Source: Deferrisomatales bacterium (lineage in GTDB: Bacteria; Desulfobacterota; Deferrisomatia; Deferrisomatales; JACRMM01). Taken from it: DNA of 45,604 nt. A program made the position numbers and the translations under genes. The stretch's first letter is position 1. Every line of letters starts with the position of its first letter. Shown piece after piece: positions 18,313-28,475 of the stretch. The notes under the pieces were generated by a model, which saw only the letters and a program-made list of their open reading frames with translations, searched no databases and was not told the DNA's origin. Where the stretch lies: positions 8,458 to 54,061 of the forward strand of contig JAWSUI010000024.1 in NCBI GenBank assembly GCA_033551855.1, given 5' to 3'.

Positions 18313-19570
18313 TGAGAAGGTGTTGACAAACTATGCCACCCGCTCGGAGGGCGTGGCGGTGAGCCGGCGCAGTAACCGGCGGCCCTCCGCGAGCCAAATC
18401 CAGCCGGTGGATACGGCGAGGTTTCGGTCATGATCCTTGTTCATCCGGCGGGGTCGGTCGGTCCAGGCATTGGTTCGCTCGACCACCCAGCGCTTGGGCA
18501 ACACGACGAACCCGGTATCGTGCGGGAACAGCGTCAGCTGCCCTTCATGCCACCGGCCGACGTTGCGGTTGGCCGGATGGCGCACGACCTCGACGTCGAT
18601 CTCGTGGCGCTGCCGGATCTCGCGGGCGCGGGCGCCGGCGTAGCCGCCGTCGACGAACAGCTTCTTGATGCCGGGCACCTTGTCCTTGGCCAGATCCATG
18701 GCCGGGAGCGCCGCATCGCGATCTTGCACGCTCGCCGCGGTGACCAACACAGCAATCAGCAGGCCGAGCGTATCGGTCACCAGGTGACGCTTGCGCCCCT
18801 TGACCTTCTTGCCGGCATCGAAGCCCTTCTCACCCCCCTGTGCCGTGGTCTTCACGGACTGCGAGTCCAGCACCGCCGCCGTGGGATCCGGGTCGCGCCG
18901 CTCTCGGCTTCGCCACAGCTTGCGCAGCTCGTCGTACATTTGCTCGAACAGCCCGCTCGCCAGCCAGCGGCGAAACGTACGATAGACGGCGTGCCACGTC
19001 GGGAAGTCTTTCGGCAGCATCCGCCACGAACACCCGGAACGAAGCACGTAGACACAGGCGTCGAGCATGGCCCGCCTGGGATAGGTCGGCGGGCGTCCGG
19101 TCTTCCCGGGAGGATCGAACAGATGCTTGACCTGAGCCCATTCCGAGTCGGTCAGTCCGCACGGATAGCGGACCTCGTCACCACAGTCACGGTGCGCCTC
19201 GTTGTAGCCGTAGGATTTTGCCTTTGGCTCCGCCTCCGGGCCGGCCTTCGCGCCATAGCCGTCGCCGCCCTTTCGCTTTTCCGGCCGTGTGCGCGTAAAG
19301 CCGGCTTGCGCCAGATACTTGCCCGCCGTTGCCGAAGAGATCGTGACGCCGGTCCGTTGTCGGAACGCCCACACGATGTCGTCAAACGACAGAAGCGGAT
19401 TGTCCCGCACGATCTGCACAAGCACCTCGATCCGCTGCGGGTCGAGTTTTGGCGGCCGCCCCCGACGTTCTGGGTCCTTGGATCTGGCGCTGCTGGTGGT
19501 CATGTCGCACCTCCGCGTTGACGGTTGCGACATCTTGACCGACCGTTATTAGTTTGTCAACACCTTCTCA
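18313..19570 (-). mobile_element. IS5-family insertion sequence, ~1.26 kb
   Basis: 21-bp perfect inverted repeats TGAGAAGGTGTTGACAAACTA (18313-18333) / TAGTTTGTCAACACCTTCTCA (19550-19570); exact ends uncertain by up to 3 bp; no matching direct repeat. Confidence 0.92.
18331..19503 (-). CDS. IS5-family DDE transposase with extra N-terminal HTH
   Basis: YPCGLTDSEW..W.MLPKDFP (DUF4096-like), LDSQSVK, GKKVKGRKRH, VDGGY, RWVVERT; stop codon lies inside the IR. Confidence 0.92.
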   Translation of the reverse strand: MTTSSARSKDPERRGRPPKLDPQRIEVLVQIVRDNPLLSFDDIVWAFRQRTGVTISSATAGKYLAQAGFTRTRPEKRKGGDGYGAKAGPEAEPKAKSYGYNEAHRDCGDEVRYPCGLTDSEWAQVKHLFDPPGKTGRPPTYPRRAMLDACVYVLRSGCSWRMLPKDFPTWHAVYRTFRRWLASGLFEQMYDELRKLWRSRERRDPDPTAAVLDSQSVKTTAQGGEKGFDAGKKVKGRKRHLVTDTLGLLIAVLVTAASVQDRDAALPAMDLAKDKVPGIKKLFVDGGYAGARAREIRQRHEIDVEVVRHPANRNVGRWHEGQLTLFPHDTGFVVLPKRWVVERTNAWTDRPRRMNKDHDRNLAVSTGWIWLAEGRRLLRRLTATPSERVA

Positions 19571-19656
19571 TACCTGTCATAAATTCCCCTCAGAATATAT
19601 GAAGTCCTGATTACATCGCCAATGGCGCCGCATTTACCGATCAGGATGTGTTTCAA
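19570..19656 (-). pseudogene. 5' stub (29 codons) of a glycosyltransferase family 9-like gene
   Basis: TTG 19656 with GAGGTG RBS reads MKHILIGKCGAIGDVIRTSYILRGIYDRY, matching the GT9 N-terminal K.GAIGDV.RT motif. Confidence 0.65.
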
Positions 19657-19755
19657 ATCGGCACCTCGCCACCTCTTTCGGCCTGCGCCCCCCCGTTTCG
19701 ATGGCCGCTTCCGGGAAAGGGCAAACTTTCTCGCCCTGGGCCTGTGGGAAGGGGC

Positions 19756-20643
19756 TCAGCCGCTTTGGGAACGCTTGCGTTCGAGCTCATCCGCCCATTT
19801 CTCCAGGAACTTCTGGCGGTTGATCACCTGGAAGCGCTTCATGCCCGAGCTCGTCCGGCGCCCCGCAGACACCCCCTCGAAATGGACGACCACCGAGGCC
19901 GGCTGATACAGGACGTGAAAGCCGAGCTTGCGCAGCGCAAAGCAGAGATCCGTGTCCTCCCAGTAGGCGGGCGCGAACCTCCGATCGAAGCCGCCGATCC
20001 GTTCGAAGAGGTCGCGCCTGACCATCAGCGAGGCACCTGAGCAGTAGTCGACCTGCCGCAGCCGGTTGTACTGCGGCTTGCCGGCGCGTTCGAACTTGCC
20101 GATGTTGACCGCCCTCGCCCCCGGTCCGACCATTCCTCCGGCCTCGGCCAGGCGCAGGTTCGGGTAGAGCAGCTTGGAGCCCGCGGCGCCGACGCTCGGG
20201 TCGGCGGTAAGGACATCGACAAGGGCCGCGAGCCAGCCGGGCGTGACGATCGTGTCGTTGTTCAAGAAATGGAGATAGGCCCCTCGGGCCCGTGACGCCC
20301 CCAGGTTGCAGGCGTCCACGAAGCCGAGGTTCTCCTGGTTGACGATGACCGTGATGTTCTCGATGGCCGCCAACATCCAAGGCGTGTCGTCGGTCGACGC
20401 GTTGTCGACGACGATCACCTCGTATGCAACCCCTGCGGTGTCTTGCAGGAGGGACTTGAGGCAGGTGAAGGTATGGATTGACTTGTTGAAGACCGGGATC
20501 ACGACCGACACCTGCACCTTCTCGAAGCGGGCGAAGGCGAGGGGGTGCACGGCCGGCTCGAGGGCACACCTCGGCGGCAAGTAGCGAGTCAGGCAGTAGT
20601 CGATCCCCTTGCGAATCAATCGGGCCACGGCATCAATCGTCAT
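19756..20643 (-). CDS. Glycosyltransferase family 2
   Basis: VVIPVFN, VDNAS, NLGF..ACN, LNND, YWEDTDL. Confidence 0.9.
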   Translation of the reverse strand: MTIDAVARLIRKGIDYCLTRYLPPRCALEPAVHPLAFARFEKVQVSVVIPVFNKSIHTFTCLKSLLQDTAGVAYEVIVVDNASTDDTPWMLAAIENITVIVNQENLGFVDACNLGASRARGAYLHFLNNDTIVTPGWLAALVDVLTADPSVGAAGSKLLYPNLRLAEAGGMVGPGARAVNIGKFERAGKPQYNRLRQVDYCSGASLMVRRDLFERIGGFDRRFAPAYWEDTDLCFALRKLGFHVLYQPASVVVHFEGVSAGRRTSSGMKRFQVINRQKFLEKWADELERKRSQSG

Positions 20644-21799
20644 GCGCTCTTCCCGCCGCCTTCTCATAGACCCTGAGGGTCCCCTGCGCCATCGAGTCCA
20701 GCCCGAACAGGCCGGCCCGCCGCAGCCCGCGCGCCCGCAGATCCCCCCGCAACCCCTCGTCGGTCCAGAGCCGCCAGACCTTCTCCGCCATCTCCTCGGC
20801 AGAGTCCGGATCAAAGAAGAGCCCCGCCTCGCCGACGACCTCCGGGATCGAGGTGGCGCTGGAGCAGGCCACCGGGCAGCCGCTGGCCATCGCCTCGACC
20901 AAGGGAATGCCGAAGCCTTCGAACCGGGAAGGGAACACGAGAAGCCGGGCGAGATTGTAAAGCCCCGGAAGATCCTCATAGGGAAGATACCCCAGGATCC
21001 TCACAGCATCGCTCAGCCCGAGCCGAGCGATCTCGGCCTCGATGGCGCCCTGAGACTGCTTGGCGATGCCGGTCAGGACTAGCTGGCCGTCGAAGCCGTG
21101 CCGCTCGCGCAGGAGCTTGAGCGCGGCGAGCAGGGTCTGGTGGTTCTTGTGCGGCCAGGTCGCAGCCGGGTAGTAGAGGAAAGGCCGGTCCAGGCCGCAC
21201 CTGCGGCGCAAGGTCTCCAGGGCGGCGGCGTCGGCGATGATCCGATAGGCGGGGCTGCAGCCGTTGTGGACGACATCGATCTTGTCGGGGCTTATCCCGT
21301 AGCGCTCCACCAGGTCGGCCTTGACGTGGGCCGAGATGGCGATGATCCGTGTCGCCTCTTCGGCCGACCGCCGATAGAACTGGCGCCGCTGGCGCAGGTC
21401 GAAGGGGGAAAAGAACTCCGGGAAGAACTCGTGCTGCGCGTCATGAAAGGTAAGCACGGAGGGGATCCGGGTGCCGGTCGGGTTCAGGAACGAGAAGGGG
21501 TGGTGGACCAGATCCAGCTCCAGGCGGTTGAAGGCCGGCCGCAAGATGTCGACCCCGAGGGCGTTGCGCAGTACGCCGCGGGCGAACCACCGCCACGAAG
21601 GGCGGGTGTAGTTCCAAGGTTTGAGCCGGAAGGAAGAGTTTTGCAACTCGAATGAGCCGGCATAACGCTCGTCGCACAGCAGCCAGTAGTCGTTGGCCTG
21701 GTCGAGTTGCTGCAGATGCCCGAGCAGGTTCCTGAAATAGGTCTCCATCCCCCCCATGTCGCCGGGGACGAACCTGACCAGATTGAGCCCGATCCTCAT
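20633..21799 (-). CDS. Glycosyltransferase family 4 (MtfB/WbpY-like)
   Basis: [27 protein letters not shown]-coupled to the aminotransferase. Confidence 0.9.
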   Translation of the reverse strand: MRIGLNLVRFVPGDMGGMETYFRNLLGHLQQLDQANDYWLLCDERYAGSFELQNSSFRLKPWNYTRPSWRWFARGVLRNALGVDILRPAFNRLELDLVHHPFSFLNPTGTRIPSVLTFHDAQHEFFPEFFSPFDLRQRRQFYRRSAEEATRIIAISAHVKADLVERYGISPDKIDVVHNGCSPAYRIIADAAALETLRRRCGLDRPFLYYPAATWPHKNHQTLLAALKLLRERHGFDGQLVLTGIAKQSQGAIEAEIARLGLSDAVRILGYLPYEDLPGLYNLARLLVFPSRFEGFGIPLVEAMASGCPVACSSATSIPEVVGEAGLFFDPDSAEEMAEKVWRLWTDEGLRGDLRARGLRRAGLFGLDSMAQGTLRVYEKAAGRAHDD

Positions 21800-22896
21800 C
21801 CGGCACCCGCCTCGAATCGGTTCATGACCGCGACCACCCGGGCGGCCTCCTCCGGCGAATGGCAGGCGGAGATCGGCAGGCTGAGGGTGGTGGCGTGGAT
21901 CTCGTCGGCTACGGGAAAGGTGCTTTCGGCGAGCAGCCCCCGCAGTGCCTCTTGCCGGTGCGGCGGCACCGGGTAATGAATCTCCGTCTGGATCCCGTTC
22001 GCCGCCAGGTACTGCTTCAGTTCGTCCCGGCGCGGGTGACGGATGTTGTAAATGTGGTAGACGTCCAGGAAGCCCTCCTGGAGGCAGGGCTTGACGAACT
22101 CCTCGCGCAGCCCCTGCTGGTAGAGGGCGGCCAGATGCCGCTTGTGCCCGTTGATGCGGTCGAGTGCGACAAGCTTGACCGAGAGGAAGGCGGCCTGGAT
22201 CTCGTCCAGCCGGGAGTTCATCCCGACCACCGCGTTGTGGTACTTGCGGTCCGAGCCGTAGTTGCGCAGCACCCTGATCCTGGCCGCGACCGCCGCGTCG
22301 CCGGTCGTCACCGCCCCCGCATCTCCCAGGGCGCCCAGGTTCTTGGTCGGATAGAAGCTGAAAGCGGCGCAATCGCCAAAGGAGCCGGCCTTCTTCTCGT
22401 TCAGCGAAGCGCCGTGGGCCTGGGCGCAGTCCTCGAAGATCCGCAGCCCGTGCCGGCGACCGATCTCCATGATGGCGTCCATGGAGCAGAGCTTGCCGTA
22501 GAGGTGGACGGCCATGACGGCGACGGTCCTGGCGGTGATCTTCTCCTCGATCCGCGCCGGGTCGATGTTGTAGGTGCGCAGTTCGGGCTCCACCAGAACC
22601 GGCCTGAGCCCGCTCTGGAGGATGGCGAGGACGGTGGCGATATACGTGTTGGAGGGGACCAGCACCTCGCTGCCGGGCGGAAACGCGTAGGCTTTCAGCG
22701 ACAGGATCAGGGCGTCGAGCCCGGAGGCGACGCCGACGCAGTGCCCGACCCCGCAGTAGTCGGCGAAAGCCTCCTCGAAGGAGGCAACGTTCTTGCCGAG
22801 GATGTACCAGCCGCTCGCCAGCGTCTCGCTGAAGACCCGGGTGAACTCGGGGAAGAAAGGCTCGTTCACCCGACGGAGGTTTTCGTACTCGATCAT
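21796..22896 (-). CDS. DegT/DnrJ/EryC1/StrS sugar aminotransferase (FdtB/QdtB-like)
   Basis: [24 protein letters not shown] (PLP Lys), [10 protein letters not shown]. Confidence 0.93.
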   Translation of the reverse strand: MIEYENLRRVNEPFFPEFTRVFSETLASGWYILGKNVASFEEAFADYCGVGHCVGVASGLDALILSLKAYAFPPGSEVLVPSNTYIATVLAILQSGLRPVLVEPELRTYNIDPARIEEKITARTVAVMAVHLYGKLCSMDAIMEIGRRHGLRIFEDCAQAHGASLNEKKAGSFGDCAAFSFYPTKNLGALGDAGAVTTGDAAVAARIRVLRNYGSDRKYHNAVVGMNSRLDEIQAAFLSVKLVALDRINGHKRHLAALYQQGLREEFVKPCLQEGFLDVYHIYNIRHPRRDELKQYLAANGIQTEIHYPVPPHRQEALRGLLAESTFPVADEIHATTLSLPISACHSPEEAARVVAVMNRFEAGAG

Positions 22897-22915
22897 GATG
22901 GTCGCCGAACAGGAG

Positions 22916-24004
22916 TCATTGGCCAGGCTGACGCGGCCGCAGCTTCATTCCTATATGGCTGTAATAGAAATAGTAGAGGATCTGGAAGACGATGATGGCG
23001 CAGGAGACGGCCTGCAATCGGACAAAGCCGAGCCTTATCCGCCAACCTCCGCCGCCGCCCTGGCCCAGGAAGGATCTTCTCGTGGCAGCGGTCTCCTTCC
23101 AGTGCCTCGCCATGGCCCGCAAGACGGCGCCGGCTCCGAACCTCCGGCGCGCCACCTCGAGCCGGGCGGACCGGTAGGCGAAGGTGATCAGGTGCAGCCG
23201 GCAGACCCCCATGAGGTTGGCGCTGAAATCGGCGGACAAGGCCGGATGACGCAAGACCTCGCCACCTTTTCGCACCAGCCCCTTGCCGGCCTCGACGTAC
23301 TTCTCCAGCTCCGAGTTGCTCTCACTCCAGGAGCCGGCATGGGCGCGCATGACGACAAAGGGAGAGCCCATGTAAACGATCCGGTCGAGCAGGGCGCACC
23401 GGAGAAGGAAGAGATACTCGCAATAGACCCCGATGGCCGAGTCGCAGAGCTCCTCGACCCCCCCCACCGTCTCCCTGAGCGCCGCGGTCTCGAACAGGCC
23501 GCAGGTCGAGACGAGCTTCAGCCGGCCGGCGAAATAGCCGTCCAGGAACTGCCGGCCACTCAGCACCAAGGGCGGCCGCGGCGGCACCTGACGGGGCTGG
23601 TAGACATCGGTCACCAGCAGGTCTCGGTAGGAAGGGAAGAAGGCGGGAGGAAAGGCGTTGGCCGCCAGGCAATCATGGGCGGTCCGCAAGAAATTCGGTT
23701 GATACAGGTCGTCGTCGAACAGCCATGTGAAGTAGCGTCCTGTCGCCATCTCCAGCAGCGCGTTCATGTTCCCCACTTCTCGCAGATTCCTGGGGTGATT
23801 GATAAATCGAATGCGCGGGTCTGTGATGCCAAACATTTCGCCGCCCAAGACTTCTTCAGTGTAGTCGTTGCCGACGATCACCTCGAAATCGCCGAAGCTC
23901 TGGGCGAGGATCGAGTGCAAGGCCTGCCGCAGCAGCTCGTGGCGGTTATAGGTGGTGACGCCGATGGTCACGAACGGCCGGCTGCCCGGTTCTCTTCCTA
24001 CCAC
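22916..24004 (-). CDS. Glycosyltransferase family 2
   Basis: [35 protein letters not shown] start inferred. Confidence 0.85.
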   Translation of the reverse strand: MVGREPGSRPFVTIGVTTYNRHELLRQALHSILAQSFGDFEVIVGNDYTEEVLGGEMFGITDPRIRFINHPRNLREVGNMNALLEMATGRYFTWLFDDDLYQPNFLRTAHDCLAANAFPPAFFPSYRDLLVTDVYQPRQVPPRPPLVLSGRQFLDGYFAGRLKLVSTCGLFETAALRETVGGVEELCDSAIGVYCEYLFLLRCALLDRIVYMGSPFVVMRAHAGSWSESNSELEKYVEAGKGLVRKGGEVLRHPALSADFSANLMGVCRLHLITFAYRSARLEVARRRFGAGAVLRAMARHWKETAATRRSFLGQGGGGGWRIRLGFVRLQAVSCAIIVFQILYYFYYSHIGMKLRPRQPGQ

Positions 24005-24936
24005 TGGCGGGTCCCCTTCAGCAGCGCCACCGACTCGGCCACCCGACGGCGCAGGTCGCCCTGGAATTCGAAGCCGAGGGTGCGGAATTTGCGGTTCGAC
24101 ACCGTGTAGGAGAGCTGGTTCATGATCCGGGACTCGACCAGGGTCACAACCACGTCCGGCACGAATTCCCGGATCGTCTCGACGATTTCCCCCACCGTCG
24201 CGTTGGTCGTCAGCACGTTGTAGGTCTGGCCGTCGAACAACCCCTTCTCCATGATGAACTCGACGGCGCGGACGGCATCCTCCAGGTCGAGGTAGGGACG
24301 CTTCTGGTCGAGGGCGGAGCTCCAGACGGTCAGGGGAAGCCCCAGGCACGCTTGCCAGATGAACTTGTTCACCGCCGTGTGAAAGCGCATCCCCGGCGAG
24401 GCTCCAAAGATCGTTCCGAAACGACAAGTGACGAAGCGAAGACCCTGCTCCCGCCCCAACGACTGGAGCATCTGCTCGGCGCGCAGCTTGGAATCAGCGT
24501 AAGGACTCTGTGGCTTCAACTCCTCCGGGGCACACTCCTCGTCGACCACCTCGGCCTGGGTGCCGTAGACGCTCGTGGTCGAGAGGAAAAGCAAAGGCGC
24601 GCCGGCTTCGAGACAAGCCTCGGCAACCCTCTTCGCGCCCTCGAAATTGACCTGCTCCACCTGTTCCGCGTTCTGGAAGCTTCCAGCGGCGTTGGTGATC
24701 GCAGCCAGGTGCACGACCACGCTGGCGCCGGCGAAGAGGGGCTCGAGATCCTCGGTCAGGACGTCCGCTTCACGGAAGCGGTAACGACCATGCACCGGCA
24801 GGCTGAAGAGCGAGCAGTAGCGCTGGGAGGAAAGGTCGTCCAGCATCACGATGTCGACATCGGGAAAACGGTCGGGAAGCTTGCGGATCAGCCGCGAACC
24901 GATATGTCCCAAAGCTCCTGTCACGACGATTTTCAT
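23998..24936 (-). CDS. NAD-dependent sugar epimerase/reductase (SDR)
   Basis: TGALGHIG, HLAA, STTSVYG, YADSK. Confidence 0.9.
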   Translation of the reverse strand: MKIVVTGALGHIGSRLIRKLPDRFPDVDIVMLDDLSSQRYCSLFSLPVHGRYRFREADVLTEDLEPLFAGASVVVHLAAITNAAGSFQNAEQVEQVNFEGAKRVAEACLEAGAPLLFLSTTSVYGTQAEVVDEECAPEELKPQSPYADSKLRAEQMLQSLGREQGLRFVTCRFGTIFGASPGMRFHTAVNKFIWQACLGLPLTVWSSALDQKRPYLDLEDAVRAVEFIMEKGLFDGQTYNVLTTNATVGEIVETIREFVPDVVVTLVESRIMNQLSYTVSNRKFRTLGFEFQGDLRRRVAESVALLKGTRQW

Positions 24937-24987
24937 GCGAGAATCTCTCAGGGGCTCGGGGTCGCGAGCCCGGAGCAGCAGAACATT

Positions 24988-25929
24988 TCAGCCTAAGCTT
25001 CTAATTCTCATCAGCCCTTCTTCAAAACCAACCCGCGGTGTCCAACCGACGATCGAGCGCAGCCGCTCGGAGGAGAAGACCACGTGGTCAATCTCGATGC
25101 GCTTGCGCTCGTCCGGCCATTCGATATGTGTGACCCTGCCGCCCTGGAACACTTGGACAGTCTTCTCGGCGATTTCCCGCACGGTCAGGTGCTGGTCGCT
25201 GGTGGCGAACCAGCTCTCCCCCACCAGGCGCGGCTCCTGCGCCGCCCGCCAGAGGATCTCGGTGGCGTCGTCAACATACAGGACATTGCGCGTCTGGTTG
25301 CCACTGCCGAAGATCCTGATCTCCTGGTCGCTCTTGGCCAGGTGGATGAAGTAATTGACGAAGCCGAACTCCGGATAGCCCTTGCCGTAGGGGCCGTAAA
25401 GGTTGGCGAAACGCAACACCACGGTCTTGAGGTCGTGGATGGTGTGGTAGATGCGGTAGTACTTCTCGGCGACCCCCTTGTTGGCCGAGTAGATCTCCAA
25501 CGGGCGCTCACGGTGGTCCTCGTCCACCACTGGTTTCTGGGCCTTGCCGATGACGGTGCTGCTCGACGTATAGACGACGCGCGCGCCGCTGTTGAGCAGC
25601 CGGATGCTCTCCAAGAGCTTCAGGTTGCCCAGGCAGTTGATCTCGGCATCGAGCAGCGGGTACTGGATCGACAGGGGATGAGATGTCTGTGCCGCGCAGT
25701 TGAAGATGATGTCCTGCCCTTGGACGACGTCCGCCAGGAGGGTCTCGTCGCGCATGTCCCCCCTGACGAACCGGATCCGCGGCCAGACTTCCTGTAGGTT
25801 TCGCGTAGTCGCGTGCAGATGGGGGTCGAGCGAGTCCATGACCGTGACCCTGACATCCGGTTCGGCCAGACAGCGGCGCACGAGATTCGCACCCAGGAAT
25901 CCGGCGCCCCCGATGATGAGAACGTTCAT
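24988..25929 (-). CDS. NAD-dependent epimerase/dehydratase
   Basis: GGAGFLG, YSANK, RFANLYGP. Confidence 0.9.
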   Translation of the reverse strand: MNVLIIGGAGFLGANLVRRCLAEPDVRVTVMDSLDPHLHATTRNLQEVWPRIRFVRGDMRDETLLADVVQGQDIIFNCAAQTSHPLSIQYPLLDAEINCLGNLKLLESIRLLNSGARVVYTSSSTVIGKAQKPVVDEDHRERPLEIYSANKGVAEKYYRIYHTIHDLKTVVLRFANLYGPYGKGYPEFGFVNYFIHLAKSDQEIRIFGSGNQTRNVLYVDDATEILWRAAQEPRLVGESWFATSDQHLTVREIAEKTVQVFQGGRVTHIEWPDERKRIEIDHVVFSSERLRSIVGWTPRVGFEEGLMRIRSLG

Positions 25930-26939
25930 AAGAGACTCTCCATGGTACGGTCGATCCCCTCGGCTAGAGATGTGCGGGGCTGCCAGCCAGTCAACCCGGA
26001 AAAAAGGCTGGAATCCCCAACGAAGTGACGCCCCTCGATGGGCGAGAGCCCATCGGGAGGTGCAACGTGCCGCACTGCGACCTCCCTCCCCGTTCTCGAT
26101 GCGACGCGCTCTGCGATCATCCGCATCGCCTCGGTGATGGTGTGTCCCCGGCCGCTGCCGATGATGAAGTGACGCCCACTGAGTGCTTCGGCGTGCCGGG
26201 CAGCAGCCAGAAATGCCCGCACCACATCCTCCACGTATACATAGTCCCGCACCTGGTCACCCGCGCCGTAGACGGTCAGCACCTCACCCGCAAGTGCTCT
26301 GCAGATCATCTGGTTCAGAACTCCCCGGTCGGAGCGGCTGCTCCGGGGCCCGGGCCCATACACATTGGCCAGGCGCAAGATGACGCCCTGTACGAAGCCC
26401 TGCTCCGCGTACCAGCGCAGATACTGCTCGGCCATCCGCTTGTGGAGATCGTAGACGGTAAACGGATGATCCGGATGGCACTCGTCGACCGGCAGGCGCT
26501 CCGGCATGCCTGCCACGGTGACCGTGCTCGAGAAGCAGACCGTCGGACGGGCCCCGCGCCGGCGGCAGGCCTCCAACAAATACAGCATCGGTCTCACGTT
26601 GACCGCCTGGTCGGCAACCGGGCTGTCGTTCGCCTCATACGTGCTCGTCTGGGCGGCGAAGTGGAACACGAAGTCAATTCCATGCAGATTCCGTTCCCAG
26701 ACGGCCGGATCCGAGACGTCCCCGGCCACATCGACGACCTGCGCGTTGCCCCGAACCGGCTCCCATGCCGCGCCCGGCCTGTCCAGCCGGACAATCCGGC
26801 AGTAGGCGTCTTTCAGGAGGGCCACGAGGCTCGACGCCAGGTACCCTGCCCCACCAGTAATCAGGATACCCTTCCCCGTGAAGATGGGGTCCAGCCCCGT
26901 GTCCAACTCGCCGCTGCCCACGCCGGCCGCCTCCCTCAC
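25926..26939 (-). CDS. NAD-dependent epimerase/dehydratase
   Basis: TGGAGYLA, YDLHK, RLANVYGP. Confidence 0.9.
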   Translation of the reverse strand: MREAAGVGSGELDTGLDPIFTGKGILITGGAGYLASSLVALLKDAYCRIVRLDRPGAAWEPVRGNAQVVDVAGDVSDPAVWERNLHGIDFVFHFAAQTSTYEANDSPVADQAVNVRPMLYLLEACRRRGARPTVCFSSTVTVAGMPERLPVDECHPDHPFTVYDLHKRMAEQYLRWYAEQGFVQGVILRLANVYGPGPRSSRSDRGVLNQMICRALAGEVLTVYGAGDQVRDYVYVEDVVRAFLAAARHAEALSGRHFIIGSGRGHTITEAMRMIAERVASRTGREVAVRHVAPPDGLSPIEGRHFVGDSSLFSGLTGWQPRTSLAEGIDRTMESLL

Positions 26940-27394
26940 CTGATCTCCGGTCCCCGCAGCCAGTCGAACCCGATCTCAGGGTCGTCATGGGGGATCCGGA
27001 TCTCGTCGGCCGGATCGTAGACGTGAGACGTCACGTAGAGCAGGTGGACCGGACCCTGCACCGCCTTGCAGCCGTGGGCGATTCCCGGCGGAATCTTCAG
27101 AACCCGCGCCGCTTGGAAATCGCCCATAAGGAAATCCATGGTCTGCTTGAAGGTCAGGGAAGCGGGCCGCATGTCGCACAACCCGACTCGCAGGACCCCG
27201 CTCACCACATACCACCAGTCGATCTGAAGGTGGTGCAAGTGCCACGCCTTGATCACTCCGTTGAACAGGAGAGAGTGGCTCCACTGCCCGAACCCCTCTC
27301 CGAAGAAGTCGTCGCTGACTCGAATGACCTCGCGGAAAAAACCCCGTTCATCGCTATGGGTCGTCAGATCCTTGAAGACGACGCCGTCGATCAT
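26936..27394 (-). CDS. dTDP-4-dehydrorhamnose 3,5-epimerase family (RmlC-like cupin)
   Basis: DERGFFRE, KAWHLH, IPPGIAHG, DDPEIGFDW. Confidence 0.88.
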   Translation of the reverse strand: MIDGVVFKDLTTHSDERGFFREVIRVSDDFFGEGFGQWSHSLLFNGVIKAWHLHHLQIDWWYVVSGVLRVGLCDMRPASLTFKQTMDFLMGDFQAARVLKIPPGIAHGCKAVQGPVHLLYVTSHVYDPADEIRIPHDDPEIGFDWLRGPEIR

Positions 27395-27407
27395 GTCCGT
27401 TCACCCT

Positions 27408-28475
27408 TCACTTTTCTACTCGCCCGGCGGAGAAGACGCCGGAGAAAAAGCGGTTGTAGAGTCTGGTCAAGCGCCGTTCCATCCGCTTGCGGGCGATCTC
27501 CCGGCGCAGGCCGGGAAGCGCCACCTCGGCCGTGGACAGACTCCCTAAGACCAAACCCTCCAGGTCGGGAACCCGATAAGTCAGGTAGAGATGGCCGCCC
27601 GCCTCCAGGCAGCGTCGGCACAACGGGTGGGCCTCCCGCAGGCGCTGGATCTCCGCCAGCGACAGGCCGAGATAGGGGCCGATGGTAAACTTGCTGTCGT
27701 CAAAGATCCCGCAGCAGAGCTGCACGTTCCCCTGGAAATCGAGGCTGACCTGGGCCTCGCGCAGGATGCAGGGCTCCCCGGGGTCCCCTCTTGCCGCCGC
27801 CAGCGCCGCCGGCAGCGGCAGAGCGAGATTGTCGATCAGCCGCTCGTCTTCCCCGGTCAGGGGGAAGCCGGCCACCTCCTCTCCCCCGTAGCCGAGGATC
27901 TTCTCCAGAGGGAGCATGAGGGCCCAGACCGGCTCGAAATCGATGCCGAGCTTCTCGGCAAACTCCCGGATCCGCTCCCCTTCGCTGAGGTTGTGCCGGT
28001 ACCGATGGTAGTTCACGAAAATGCGGGTGGTGGCATGCTGGCGCTTCTTCGCCGCCGCCAGCTCGATCATGTGCCGTTTTACCCGCTCGACATCGCCTCC
28101 TCGGTGGGTGCGGCCATAGACCTCCTGGGTGAAGCCGGACACCGAGATTTTGAAGCTGGCCGGGTTGGCCGCCATGATCGCGTCGGCATCCTGACCGAGG
28201 TTGAGGTTCGAGCTCAGGTGGCACTGGATTCCTGCCGCATTGACGACGCGGATCATGTCGGGGAGCCGCGGGTGGAGCAGAGGCTCGCCCCAACTGAACA
28301 GGCTGATGCTTGCCACCTCGCATTCAGACCGGGCCTTTTCGACGATTCGGGCCAGCAACTCCGGCTCCATGAACCCGTGAGGCAAGCGGTAGTCCTTAAC
28401 ATTGCCCTGCGGGCAAGAAGGGCAGCGCAAGTTGCACGCGCCGACGACATCGATATCGAAGAGAAACCTCTTCAA
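27408..28475 (-). CDS. Radical SAM protein with SPASM/twitch-like C-terminus
   Basis: CNLRCPSC, WGEPLL, C..G.VQLCC..CRRC; TTG start overlapping the upstream stop. Confidence 0.88.
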   Translation of the reverse strand: MKRFLFDIDVVGACNLRCPSCPQGNVKDYRLPHGFMEPELLARIVEKARSECEVASISLFSWGEPLLHPRLPDMIRVVNAAGIQCHLSSNLNLGQDADAIMAANPASFKISVSGFTQEVYGRTHRGGDVERVKRHMIELAAAKKRQHATTRIFVNYHRYRHNLSEGERIREFAEKLGIDFEPVWALMLPLEKILGYGGEEVAGFPLTGEDERLIDNLALPLPAALAAARGDPGEPCILREAQVSLDFQGNVQLCCGIFDDSKFTIGPYLGLSLAEIQRLREAHPLCRRCLEAGGHLYLTYRVPDLEGLVLGSLSTAEVALPGLRREIARKRMERRLTRLYNRFFSGVFSAGRVEK

